Shown here: piece by piece, positions 48,203-60,620 of the stretch
Layout: the number at the start of each line of letters is the position of its first letter
How positions within the stretch are numbered: the stretch's first letter is position 1
Notes under the pieces: model-generated
What the model saw: only the letters and a program-made list of their open reading frames with translations
Databases searched by the model: none
What the model was told of the DNA's origin: nothing
Made by a program: the position numbers and the translations under genes
Source: Setoptus koraiensis
Lineage: Eukaryota; Animalia; Arthropoda
Direction: 5' to 3'
DNA: 64,000 bases
Assembly (NCBI GenBank): GCA_048013815.1
Contig: CM106586.1
Coordinates: forward strand, 6,076,001-6,140,000

Positions 48203-50887
48203 GAACAGTTATTATCGTCTATATATATATATTAATAATCGATGGGTCGCTGGGCAGGCGAGTGCAGCGGCCAGTGCGTTGGGCGAGCTGTGCAGTGGCG
48301 CTAATGGTGTGATGCGCGACGAGTTAGTGCGTAATCCGAGCAAGTGATTAATAGGTTAATATGGCAAGACGGCAAAACAGTGGCAATGGCTAAATGTTAT
48401 CAGTAAGTGGCCATTGTTAGTTGGGTGTCTGAGTGTGTTGTTTGCATTACATAATGCGGCGGGCAGTTTTGCAGCTTGTTGGCCGCTGTACGGCCGATCT
48501 ATTTTTGGGTTCGCCGGCTTGCTGTGTGCGAGCGAGTGAGTGAGCGGCCAAAAGCGAGCGAGTGAGCGGCCAAAAAGTGGCAACCACTCGACGAGAGCGG
48601 ATCATCCATTAATCCGATCTGTTGCTCACTGACACATGATCGCATGAGCGGACGGTCGGATGGTCGGATGGTCGGATGGTCGAATGGTCGAGCAACAGGT
48701 AGTTGCCGGAGAGCACACACACACAATTAACGGTCGGCGGCGATAACGGATTGACGCTCAGCGGCAGAACTGAGCGAACGTTCGAAACTATCACTCACGG
48801 CTGCGCTCACTCACGCCATCACATTACAAGTGATATAAGGGGCTAAACGGCGCCGGCTGAGCCAAATTAACAAATAAACGACGACACAAACTAGCCATGT
48901 CCGCTATGTCCGGCGAGCCGTATCAGCGAGCCACAGCGAACGGCAGCAGCAAGCCCAATGTCGCTGATGGCGAGCTCGCACTTGCTCATCGCGCTGTTTG
49001 CACTTAGACAGCGGACTCCAATAAGTCAGCGTTTATCTCCCCGTGAAATGTTTGCCCGCGAGCCATATCACCGGCTCATCGGGCAGCTAATCGGACGGGC
49101 GGACCGACTTGAACTTTTCGGGCCGCAACAGATTCGGCGCGGCACCGCTCCGGTTGCCGCATCTGGTAGCCGGCGCAATGAGCGAGAATGTGAAAGTAAT
49201 TACCTGTCCATCAATGATGCTGATGGGTATTGCATTATTGAGGCTGGATATTGCATTATTTAAGATGGATATCATACTATCAAGCTGGATATCATACCTT
49301 CGAAGCTGGATATCATAGCACTCAAGATGGATCGGTCGGCCGCATCGACTAACGGGCCGCTCGCAAGTTGCCGGGCGAGCCCTTTGTATCGTTGGCGCAG
49401 TTGGCCGGCGCCGTGGCGACAAACGAGCCACTGACGGCCACTCGAGTTGGCCGCTTCTGGCGCTCCGATTGCATGTTGGCTCGCTCATTTGGATCTGGCC
49501 GGTTCGCCCATTCACACATTAGCTGGCCGAACGGGAGCTGATATGGCGCGCTGTGTGTTGCGAGATAACATCAGAGCGATAGTTGCAAAAATAGTCGGCC
49601 GATATTATGTTTCGCTCATTTTTTGGCTTCGCTACTTTTTCCGCTACAGTGGCTACAGTGGCCAGAGCGGACAGAGCGGCCAGCGCGATCGGTTGTTCGG
49701 GCAGTTGTTCTGACATTATACATTATTGCAACGGTGTTCTCACTGAGAGAGAGCGCATTCTAACAAACCGGCGAAATGGCACCGCTGCCGCCAATTCATT
49801 AATAACTTTTTGCGTTGCTTCTGCCGGCGTCGTTGATGGTGCCGGCGTCGTTGATGGCACCGTTGCGATGGCCAATATTCATGTCTGTGGCCAAGCCAAT
49901 CGCTCTCTCTCGGCTGTGGCAATTGGTGCATTGCCGCAATCGGTGCTGCCCAAGCTGCCGTCTTGGCGAGATTGTTGGCTCGCAATTGGCTGCACGGCCA
50001 GTTGGAGCGGCCAATCATTGGCGAGCTTGTTCTGCATCTCTTGTTACGAGACTCTCGTTGCTTGTTACGGGACTCTCGTTGCTTGTTGAGATTGGGAGAG
50101 AGCGTCGGTTGTGCGATTCGAGCCGCTTCTCCGTTTTCATTCTGCCGTTCGTCAAGCGTCTTTTTGCCACTCACTTGCCGCTGCCACTCAATTTGTGTGT
50201 GCCTATTTGTGTGCCCACAGCCGGCCTTGTTGTTACACAATATTACATAATACTACATACATACAACACAACTGTGGGCTAATAATAATACTAATGATAA
50301 CAGGTAACGGTAGACGACGCATGCAAGCCAGCCAGGCAGCATAATGAATGAATGGGCCAAGACGAGACAAGCCGAGCCGAGCCGAGAGACACAAGAGGAG
50401 CTGGCAAAAACGTTGCAGGGGCAAAGGGAGAAAAAATTACATTTCATGTTACGACAATTAGAGCATCTCAGGCTCAGCCGGCTACTGTTGTTGTTGTTGC
50501 AACACCAGCAACAACAGCAGCAACGACAACAGCGGCAGCAACAACAACAACAACAACGACAACAACAGCAACAACAACGAAGATGGTTGCGAGAGATGGC
50601 ATCACCTGATTTGCATCATGCTGGTCGCATACTGACAGTATCGGACTGTATCAAAGGCCGCGATTGTTGTGTGTGGCAATGAAGCGAGGCCATAGGCAAT
50701 CAGACATTCGCACATGCGAGCTACTAGTCGCAACTGGATCGGCCATTCAGCCGAACTCAATCAGCCCAATTCAGTTGCCATTCAAACGACGAGCTCGCCG
50801 GCCGGCCGGTCGCATTGTGGAGCCGGCCGGTCAGCAATGTTGTGCCAGCGGTGCGTCGCAGGCCGGCGTGGCGGGCATCCCCGGCCC

Positions 50888-50959
50888 GCCCGACCTGCCC
50901 GACCCGCCCGACATGCCCGACCTGCCCGACATGCCCGACCTGCCCGACATGCCCGACAT
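50888..50959. repeat. 9-bp tandem repeat GCCCGAC(C/A)T x8
   Basis: Direct reading. Confidence 0.9.
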
Positions 50960-51007
50960 GGGCAACAATCGCCCAGTTTGGAGCTGGCTGCCGTTGAATG
51001 GCAAGCC

Positions 51008-51059
51008 CGTTGTGTTTGAGCGTTGTGTTTGAGCGTTGTGTTTGAGCGTTGTGTGTGAG
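51008..51059. repeat. 13-bp tandem repeat CGTTGTGTTTGAG x4
   Basis: Direct reading. Confidence 0.88.
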
Positions 51060-51964
51060 CGGCTCAAAGGGCCAGCGGAACGCGCTCAGCTCGCCCGCTT
51101 GGGCCCTAAAAGGCAAATGGTGGCTGCTCGGGTGTGCATAATTAACTGGCGCCGCTGTCATTAGCAGGGCACAGCGAGTTTGTTGTTGCTGCTCGTTGTG
51201 ACCGCTATGATCCAGGCAACTCAATCCGATCTGATAAATCAACAATCGGCTAAATGTCAGTCAGTGTTTGTTTGCCACCCTCATGATTAGCCGGATTAAC
51301 GGCATCAAGCTATCATCGGTGGCCGGGCGTGCGGATAAGCCCGAGTGCATTACCGCTATCGCATTATAATAATGCCATTACTCAATGCCAGCTTAATGAT
51401 GGCCGGCGAGATGCCAAACGAGCGTCAAATCAATGCTCAGTCTAGACGAGTCCATGAGACCTTGATTGTGGGCATTGTCTCATGATTATTGAGTGATGGC
51501 TCGTCGCTGAGGCCAGTCCGCCAGTCCGAGAGCCTGAGAGCGGCCCCGAGCGCATCTTCCCAGAGGCCGGCGCTCACTTGTTGTGCGCAATTCGTTGCAT
51601 GCTATTGGTTGTTTGTTGTTTGTTATTTGTTATGGAGGCAGGTGCAGGGCCCTCATTGCGAGCGGCGACACAACCACTGACAGGTAATTGTGTGTTTAGC
51701 GGCGCAAAGTCAAACTCAAACTAGTGGGCGCCGCTCGTTGCCACTTGTTGCCGCTCGTTGCCGCTTGCTGTTGCTGGTCGGCGGAGCAGCGTCAGCATCA
51801 CATTGGCTGGCTAATAGCCGCCACTGGTAGCCGACTAAAGCGAGCGGCCATAAGTCACGCCGACAGCGACAGCGACGACAGCGACAACAACAACAACGAC
51901 GACGACACGGCCATTCGGTGCGCTCGGCCACGGTGCCGCTGGCCCACACAATTTCGCTCTGCCG

Positions 51965-52034
51965 AGACAATATTGGCAAGACAATATCGGCAAGACAATA
52001 TCGGCAAGACAATATCGGCAAGACAATATTAGCA
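51965..52034. repeat. 14-bp tandem repeat AGACAATAT(C/T)GGCA x5
   Basis: Direct reading. Confidence 0.9.
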
Positions 52035-53949
52035 ACACACTATTAGCGGCACAATATGTGTGAGTGTGTGTGTTTCTCTCATGCGACCAGACGCATGCGA
52101 CGAGTCGCACAGTGAGCTGAATAATGGCAACAATGATAATGACGATGATAATAACGGGCGTCTTCTTACACGATTATGGTCGACACACTCGAGCGGCCAG
52201 TCAGTGTGTGTGTGTGTGTGTGTGTGTCAGTGAGAAACAATTTCTGAGCTTCGGAGGGAAGCGCCCTTTATCTAGGTTAAGTGGCGCCCATTGCGACCGA
52301 TTGCCGAACACGATCGCGATAGATCGCGCAAATCAAACGGTCGCTGCCATCGCAGCATCAGCAGCAGCCATTGATGTTGGCATCGACAGCGACAACAACG
52401 CCGGCCACTGCAACAGGTAGCCGGCGTCGATTATTAAATGGTGCCGCAGGTAACCCGAGGAGCCACTAGTGAGCATGACGGCATGTGAGCACTCACGAGC
52501 GGCGCGGTTATATTTGTTGTGCGCAGTAATTACATAATTGAGCGCCATAGCTCATGGGCCGAGCGTGGCCGAGCACTAACAACCAACAGATAAACACGGT
52601 CGCTTTCCATTTGAGGTTTGAGCCAGTCGCGAGTCGAGCGTTGAGAGTCGCCAGTCGAGAGTGGCCAAGAGAAGCCCAAGATTTGCGCAGAGACCGTCGC
52701 ATTTAAGCAGCTCGCAATGAGCTCCAAAGCGCCAATTGGCCGCAACAACACACTCTCAAGCCGCATTGTGCAATTGAAATAAAAATAAAAATAATTTCGT
52801 GACTCTCTGGTGACATCATGGCGAGCGAGCGCAATTACGATATAATCTATCACTCTTGTTGTGTGTCTGTCACCTGAGCGGCGATGCTGCGGCCGTCAGC
52901 TCGCTTTTTGTGTTGCTCGCTCAAATGGATCCCGTACAATGAATCTGTTGTGCCCAGATAAGATTGTCTTACACACACACAACAAGAGAATATATACGCA
53001 TAATATATTGACGCCAAGCGAGCTGATAAATTACCGAGTGTGTGTAATGATGTCATAGAGACTCCCATGACCCCTCAGAGCCTTTGAGTGAGAGGCTGTC
53101 GGTGGCACAGGTGAGGCGCGCCAGTATGCTAATGTGTGTGTGTGTGTGTGTGTGCAGTGTCTCTTGCGAGTGTGTGGCGCTAATTGATTTTGGTGATGGT
53201 TTGGCGGAGTGCACACTCTCACTGGACTGTCATAAATTGAACGAGCTTTGATTATCTAATCGCCTTCTGTCGCCTGTTGCCTGGCGGCTGTTGCCTGGCG
53301 CTTGCTGCCAGTGGTCAGTTGCGGCAAACGCAAACTCAAACGGTGCCCACAGGTGGCCAGACAGGCAACACTTGCCTGAGTTTATATTTTGGCCAGGTAG
53401 TGACGTCAACTGATATAATTGCACCAACTAACTTTGTGTTTGTGTGAGAATCAATAAAATAGCGCCGCTCGTTGCAATTGTTTCCCTCAGTTGCATGCTG
53501 TTATTTTGTGTGTGTGTGTGTGTGTGTCGCTTGTACAAACATCATATACTGTCTACTCACTCCAAGTGCCGTTACAATAAAACAACAACAACAACAACAA
53601 CAGCAACAGCAACAAGTGTGCGAATTCCTAGACCGCACACACTCTGTGGCCGCATTGTCACCAAGAGCCAGACAATGTTGACATGACACTTTTACATCAC
53701 CGTTGCACACTTGACTAGAGCACACTATATATCAAGTATATCAGTGTTCGCTACACCAACAACCGTCAGCAACCACCACGACACACACGCCATCGGCCGT
53801 TATTAGTTAGGCCAGACCTGACTGATGTGTCGCTGTGACACGATTCTGGGCCCAGTTCAATAAACTCTCTCTCTCTCGCTCGCCGAGCGGAAATCGGCGC
53901 TCTGTCGATGCAGCCGGTGTGGTGCGGCAGCCCGATGATGCACTCCGGT

Positions 53950-54061
53950 GATCAGAGTCCGACGATCAGAGTCCGGCGATCAGAGTCCGGCGATCAGAGT
54001 CCGGCGATCAGAGTCCGACGATCAGAGTCCGGCTATTAGAGTCCGGTGATTAGAGTCTGGG
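53950..54061. repeat. 14-bp minisatellite GATCAGAGTCCG(G/A)C x8
   Basis: Units occur every 14 nt from 53950; the last two are degenerate. Confidence 0.92.
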
Positions 54062-54394
54062 GCCGGTAACTAGCTCTGCGGCACGTCGCTCTTGCCTGCT
54101 TGTTGCAATGAATTTGCAGAAGCAGCAGCCGCCAGTGATAATAGCGCACAAACAATGTTGCTGTGAACGTGACCCCCAATAATCAATCTGGGCGCCACGA
54201 TGTTATCGCCACGATGGTATCGCCGGCAGCAACAACAACGGCAGCAGCATACACAAACGACGACAACGACAAACAACGGCAACAACAAACACCGACGACA
54301 ACAACACAACGACAAGTGCGGATTATAAGCCAGCGCTAATCATCACACAAAGGGGGCCACTGTTGGCCAAAGACGAGAGACCGTGACCGGCCAG

Positions 54395-54438
54395 TGATGG
54401 ATGATGAATATCAACATATTGATATTCATCATCCATCA
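54395..54438. repeat. Perfect 20-bp inverted repeat with a 4-nt loop
   Basis: TGATGGATGATGAATATCAA-cata-TTGATATTCATCATCCATCA. Confidence 0.92.
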
Positions 54439-55456
54439 TCCGATAAATAGCAACGGCATTCCGTGTGCTCGACGATTCTCATTCCGTTTGTTTGTGTGTG
54501 TGCAAGCATCCAATTTGTTGCTCTGTCTGTCGAGATCGAGACTCTTTGTTGGACAATTGCCGATGCACTGCTGATGGCATGCGAACGGTCGGCAATGTAG
54601 CAATGCGGGATTAGCACGGCCAGCGGCAAGTGAACAACAAGTGCATATGGCTTCGCTTGCTGCTGTCCACTTGGTACTCGTTAACTGTTCGCTTGTTGTT
54701 CACTTGTTGCTATTATAACATCGCACTAGTCGATATTATAATATTATAATAATACTATAATGTTATAATAGGCTGTTGCAGCCATCAGCAAGTCGCTGCT
54801 ACTACAAATGTTAAACGGTTGGACCACACACACTCACACTACATACAAATGAGAGATACAAAAACAAACACTGGCTGAATGGCTGAATGGCTAAATGGCT
54901 AAAATAAAATAAAACTCAAATAAACTCTTGTTAAACTGGCTCGCCGTGTGTGTGTGTGTGTGTGTGCGTTTGCAGACTCTAACTTGGAATTTCTAAGAGT
55001 GTGTCAAACATTTCGCAAACAATTAACTTACTTGTTAAATCAATTTCTGCTGTCATATCAGCTGTAATATATCAGCCAACAGCCAGTTTTAGTGCTAATT
55101 AGCGATAGGCAAACCTTTAGTCGGCCCCATTGGTTCGTTTTGAATGACCAAGTGACCAGTTTGCTGCACAGTGTGCCAGCGCATGCTGCCATGCCCAACT
55201 GACAAGACTGTTAATGCTGTTGCATAATGCAACGCCATGCATGATTAGTCCTGATGATAGCGTTGCTGTTGCCGTGCCTACTATGCGCCGTACGAGGCGC
55301 CTGATACTGGCCGGGGCAGCTGCCGTGTCGGCCAGTATCAGCAGCTAGTGCCAGCAACAGGTGAAACGAAAGGCAAACAACAAAAGAGGGACAGAATGTC
55401 GCCACTTTTTACCGCCACTTTTACTAATATGCTGCTCAGGTGGACGGAAGCCGGCT

Positions 55457-55519
55457 TGTTCGGCCTGTTCGGCCTGTTCGGTCTGTTCGGCCTGTTCGGT
55501 CTGTTCGGCCTGTTCGGTC
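55457..55519. repeat. 9-bp tandem repeat TGTTCGG(C/T)C x7
   Basis: Direct reading. Confidence 0.9.
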
Positions 55520-56608
55520 TGGCCGAATGACAGACAGCTGATGCTGGCGCTCGTCCACTTGTTGCCATACACACACATTGCTATACATAGATAGGGCATA
55601 GAGAGAGTTAATGTTAATCAAGTGCTGACGGGCATTGCAGAGCAACGGACGGACACACAGCCGGACGGACGGACGGACGGACCTTTGGACAGGTAGATGG
55701 AGGATAGATACAGAGATAGCAACAGCGATTAGCTCATGAACGGAGATTTGGAGCGCACTCAAACACAATACACACGCCGTTGCTGTTGTTGTTGTTGTTG
55801 TTGCTGTTGTTGTTGTTGTTGTTGTTGTTGCTGTTGTTGTTGTTGCTGCTGCTGCTGCCCGATAAGCCTGCCAGACCATTAGATCAGCTGTTGCTGTGGC
55901 TGGCTGTTGCATAGTGGCCACTGGAGCGGCGGTCTCGCTAGCAGCAGCAGCATAAAGAGATCGAGTCAAGATTTCAGGATTAGAAGAATAGAAAATGAAT
56001 TGGACTCAACTCACGCACACCTGCTTGGCACACTGTTCCTGTTTAAAGGTAATTCTGTGCGCTGACCTCATCAAGTGTCTGTGCGCCGCCAACGATGATT
56101 AACTGGCCTGTTGTATGTCTGGCAACTGCAAGTCTCTTGCTGCTTGCGAGTGTGTAAGACGCCAAGCTAACAGGCATAACAACACACAGGTAAGGGCAGA
56201 ATGTGGATGCGCACGAAAGGAGTTTGCTGATGATGCTCTCGATTGGTGTCTGCTATAGTTCAACATGTTGTTGAGTCTGTTGTTGCGCTCGAGACTCACC
56301 GTGCACCACCAGCAAGTGTGGCCGGAGTGGCTCAAGTGAGCTGTGAGTCGGCCAGCGGTCTTCTTTTCGTTGGCTCATCGGCTCGGCTGTTTATTTGTAC
56401 TGTAACAAGTGTGCGAGAGCGAACATTCGTTTCGTTTCGTTTCGTCGTTTGCTTTTGTTCGATACTACGACGCTACGTAAGTTACAATTGCGAACTAACC
56501 ACCGCATGTAGCCAGTGTGTGTGTGCTCCCATTTAGCCTGTGTGTGTGTGCTGAGTCCGTTGCTGAGCGAATCGTCTCAGCAGTTCGCTGGTCCGTTGCT
56601 TGTTGGCT

Positions 56609-56648
<40 letters not shown>

Positions 56649-57209
56649 TGCGAGCAAATCGAACGAACGAACAAAATCGAACCAGCAACACATAACAGAA
56701 ACAACGGCGAGTGAACTCGCTCACAGCGAGAGAAATCGAATTTATTGAACGACGCTCAACACACACAGACACAGAGAGAGCGAGAGACACACACAAAACA
56801 GAGACACACATACAGACACACACACACAATTGAGCTCACACTAGCCGAGCGAGCAGAGCGACGGTATCGACGCCAATTCAAGTTCAGCAACAGTCGATGA
56901 TGAGCGCTCCGTTTACCATGTAGCCCCAGTTGTTACATTACACACACACATCAATCCTACATTTATTATTATTACTATTATTATTATTTTATTTTTATTA
57001 TACTGATTATTATTATAATGAATTAATATATCGTCTCAGTCGGCGTCGCTATTAGCATACATTGATCAGTCAGTCTAATTATTATTAATTATTGATTAAC
57101 TATTGATAATTACGAGTCGCGCACACAATCGCCTAACGACAACCGACCAACGACAACAACATTCAACCACATCATTGGCGGCAGCATCACAAATGAACAA
57201 GCAGCCAAC

Positions 57210-60200
57210 ATGTACAATTTACGCCGTCACCTGCACATTTATTTAACGAAATTATTATTATTTTACTATTATTCAAATACAATACTCACACATTCGAGCT
57301 TCATATTGTTACACAACAACCACCAAAACAATTATCACAAGCATGCAGTCGAGGCGCTGCAACAACCGCCACCAAACAACCAAACGCCGCCGCCACTCAC
57401 CCCAAACAGCCAGCCAGTGTCCCCAAGCCAGTCGTCTCAGTGCCAATCAATGTGGAAATATCCGCCTAATTGTATTTCAAATTGTAGCTATCATATTGTG
57501 TGGCGTTACAACCAACAAGACGATGGCATAGATTTCATAGTCACTACTAAATATGCTCAAAGATGGACAGGGGTCGGCTTCTCATTGGATCGATCCATGA
57601 TTAACTCAGATGCCATTATTGCCTGGATAGAGGACGGCAGCAGGTACGTCATGATGGACGCTTGGATGCCCAGTTACAATACGCCTATTGCCGATCAACA
57701 ACAAAATATTCACAATATCAGCGCGGCCACAACAAACGGATTAATATCGTTTAAATTCTCTAGAAAAAGATCAACCGGCGACTCAAGTCAAGATTTGAGC
57801 TTCACAGACGACAAGTGCCTATACATGATTTATCCAGTGTCAGGCGGTAATGTTGACATCAAAAATCGTGTTCTACTCAAGCATGAAACAACACCTATTG
57901 TGTCACAACATCCAATTTGTGTCAGATCGTGCCAATATCAACAACAACAACCAAAACCAAATAGAGCATCATTACCGCCTGCTCCCTCGCCCTCGTCGCC
58001 CTCACCCAACACTTCCACTAGATTGAGAAGTAGTGGCAATCAACAAAGTTCACCAGCAAGACCAGCATTTGTTAATTCATTGTTATCACTACAATCATCA
58101 ATACAAAGGCCCACGAATCTCTTTGGTGCCCCATCTAGCACCTCAACAACATCAACCACAACAACAACGACCACCACTACTACTCCACCGCCACTTACAC
58201 CATCATCACCGTCGCCTTCTTCATCACCACCACCACCACCCCCACCTACAGCATCATCAACTACAACAACGTCCACAACAACCACCACTACGCCGCCCCC
58301 AATAACATCCTCAACCACAACAACAACCACTCCGGCACCAACCACAACATCTACCACCTCCACAACCACATCACCACCAACATCTTCAACAACAAGCACT
58401 ACAACACAGGCCCCAACATCATCATCATCGACAACGACTCAACCAAGTTCAACAACTAGTACCTCAACAACGGCGCAACAATTAGCGCCATCTCTCAGCA
58501 CGAGCTCAACAACACAAACCTCTAGCGCAGAGGCTGCCTCATCCTCAAGCAGCAACGGCCTCAATGTTGACAACATTGATGCTAACCAACAGTGGTGCCA
58601 GGGCAGATTCGCCTATCCAATAAATTGCCGATTCTATCCCTCATCTCAGACACAACACCTACAACTGCCGCCCATTCTCAATCAATTAGATACCATTAGT
58701 CCGTTGCCCCTAGAGCACAGTGATTGTAATTATTACGCTCAGTGGCAGTATTTAGAAGCCTCCGATCAAATTGAGTTTATCATTCAAACTAAAACAAGAA
58801 ACAAATGGACAGGCATTGGATTTAGTAACAATACGAGAATGGCCGACTCGGATGCCATTATTGGATTGGTGGAAGAGAACGGTAGACATTTCATTATGGA
58901 TACTTGGCTGAAAGATCATGTAATGCCTGAGCTAGACAAAGTGCAAAATACCAACAACACCTCAGCGAAAAGAGAGAACGGAACAACTACCGTTAAATTC
59001 AGAAGGAAAAGAATCACCAATGATCCATTAGATTTCCAATTTACTGATGACTCGTGTGCATACTTTTTCTTTCCCGTCTCTGGTGGTATGTTCAATGCCG
59101 TCAATAAGAGATTACGCCAACATGAAAAGATCCCAATCATATCAAAGAATCGCATTTGCATCAAAAGTTGTACGAACAATGCTAAAAACAGCAATTTATT
59201 ACAATCCTCGACAAATAACACTGACAATATTGTCACGACATCTGTTCCCATAAGCGAGGATGTACCAATGAATACAAAAGTTCCTATCAGTTATAATGTT
59301 GACAATAAGTCTCCATCTCAAGATGAGGACGGCAACGATCTGAGCCCATCTACCATTTCATCTATATCCAGCAACTTGGACCCACTGTCCGGTGTTTCAA
59401 CGAGCTCCTCAACTACAAGCAATCCTAATGTGAACGTTCAGGCCAGTAGCAGCACATCGGGGCCACCACTCGACCTTAGTGCCGATCTTGATACTCATCC
59501 GGCTGTTCCATCAACGAAGGCCTCCTCAGCTAGTTATAATCCGTTCAAGAAAATTAATTTCTTGAATGATTCGAGCTTCAGATGGCTAGCGGGAATAGGT
59601 AGTGTTGCTATTTTGGTATTGATGATAATATTGCAGGCATGTTACACAGTTTACAGGAATAAGAAAACAAAGCGTCAGGATGCGATTAATGCTCAATGGC
59701 GATTAGCAGAAGTGGCGGCTGTTCAGCAAAAAGTTGGAAATAAACTTTATAATTTATCCGGAATCAATGGTAATACAGCCATCAACAACGGCGCTACCAT
59801 AGGAACAGGCGTTGGCAATGGTGGCAAACTGGTCTATGATGACGATATTGATTTCGAGCACGGAGATATTCAACGTTTGTCCAGAGATATAACGGCAAAA
59901 GATCCCTATATACATCATCATTCTAATAATCATCTCATCGGCCACAATGGAAATATTAATAATCATCATCACCATCAATATAATGGCAATGATTTAGATG
60001 ATCCAAGGGGTGAGCCATTCTACGATGCCGATGATTATTTCACCAATTCAACAGCAGCCTATTTAAATCCAAACAACATTAATGATTGCACAACGGCCAC
60101 TGAAAGTAGTGGCACAGAGGAGAACGATGGCGATATGATGCAATTACAAAATCAAGACATGAAAATGCCAAATAGCTACTCACTGGGGAGACATAATCGC

Positions 60201-60620
60201 CATGAGGGCAATGATTACATTCACAATAGTCACACTGGACACCGGTCCCATAATAATAGAGTCTCTGGTCACCATAATGGCCGTCATCCAAACAATACAA
60301 ATCATCATCAGCATCATCATCACCATCATCAGCAACAACAGCAACATTATCCTCGATCTCATCACCATCAGCAGCACAATCATGCTGGTTATAATAGCGG
60401 CGGAGGTGGTAGAAGCCATCTGCAATCACGCGAAAATTCTCGCGAAAACTATAACTCCAATTATATATCTCCCTACCCACAACATCAAATGGTTGCACCG
60501 ACCAATAGTTATACCTTGAGACATAATAATGGTTATAACAATCCGTCTACACTTATCAGGCCAGATTCCTATTTTTTGCCATCACAACGCCGTTATTCAT
60601 CTACAAATCCTCCGCCATAG
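57210..60620 (+). CDS. Single-pass membrane protein with two DOMON domains separated by a Thr/Ser/Pro mucin-like linker, 1136 aa, intronless ORF
   Basis: Two homologous DOMON repeats (WTGVGFSLDRSMINSDAII...KHETTP and WTGIGFSNNTRMADSDAII...QHEKIP), a T/S/P-rich linker, TM WLAGIGSVAILVLMIILQACYTVY (59583-59654) followed by RNKKTKR, and an Asn/His-rich tail. The N-terminal signal peptide is only weakly evident. Confidence 0.85.
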   Translation: MYNLRRHLHIYLTKLLLFYYYSNTILTHSSFILLHNNHQNNYHKHAVEALQQPPPNNQTPPPLTPNSQPVSPSQSSQCQSMWKYPPNCISNCSYHIVWRYNQQDDGIDFIVTTKYAQRWTGVGFSLDRSMINSDAIIAWIEDGSRYVMMDAWMPSYNTPIADQQQNIHNISAATTNGLISFKFSRKRSTGDSSQDLSFTDDKCLYMIYPVSGGNVDIKNRVLLKHETTPIVSQHPICVRSCQYQQQQPKPNRASLPPAPSPSSPSPNTSTRLRSSGNQQSSPARPAFVNSLLSLQSSIQRPTNLFGAPSSTSTTSTTTTTTTTTTPPPLTPSSPSPSSSPPPPPPPTASSTTTTSTTTTTTPPPITSSTTTTTTPAPTTTSTTSTTTSPPTSSTTSTTTQAPTSSSSTTTQPSSTTSTSTTAQQLAPSLSTSSTTQTSSAEAASSSSSNGLNVDNIDANQQWCQGRFAYPINCRFYPSSQTQHLQLPPILNQLDTISPLPLEHSDCNYYAQWQYLEASDQIEFIIQTKTRNKWTGIGFSNNTRMADSDAIIGLVEENGRHFIMDTWLKDHVMPELDKVQNTNNTSAKRENGTTTVKFRRKRITNDPLDFQFTDDSCAYFFFPVSGGMFNAVNKRLRQHEKIPIISKNRICIKSCTNNAKNSNLLQSSTNNTDNIVTTSVPISEDVPMNTKVPISYNVDNKSPSQDEDGNDLSPSTISSISSNLDPLSGVSTSSSTTSNPNVNVQASSSTSGPPLDLSADLDTHPAVPSTKASSASYNPFKKINFLNDSSFRWLAGIGSVAILVLMIILQACYTVYRNKKTKRQDAINAQWRLAEVAAVQQKVGNKLYNLSGINGNTAINNGATIGTGVGNGGKLVYDDDIDFEHGDIQRLSRDITAKDPYIHHHSNNHLIGHNGNINNHHHHQYNGNDLDDPRGEPFYDADDYFTNSTAAYLNPNNINDCTTATESSGTEENDGDMMQLQNQDMKMPNSYSLGRHNRHEGNDYIHNSHTGHRSHNNRVSGHHNGRHPNNTNHHQHHHHHHQQQQQHYPRSHHHQQHNHAGYNSGGGGRSHLQSRENSRENYNSNYISPYPQHQMVAPTNSYTLRHNNGYNNPSTLIRPDSYFLPSQRRYSSTNPPP

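Noticed and set aside
49225-54061. CRISPR-like interpretation of the 21-bp and 14-bp arrays
   Set aside because: Eukaryotic context, units too short, no unique 25-45-nt spacers, no cas genes.
19361-55448. Seed-only matches to miR-12 (19361), miR-263/96 (about 24788), miR-2 (about 46815) and miR-184 (55441)
   Set aside because: Only 7-11 nt match and no proper precursor hairpin.
58033-60519. Alternate-frame and antisense ORFs inside the DOMON and Poxn-like CDS
   Set aside because: Shadows of low-complexity coding sequence.
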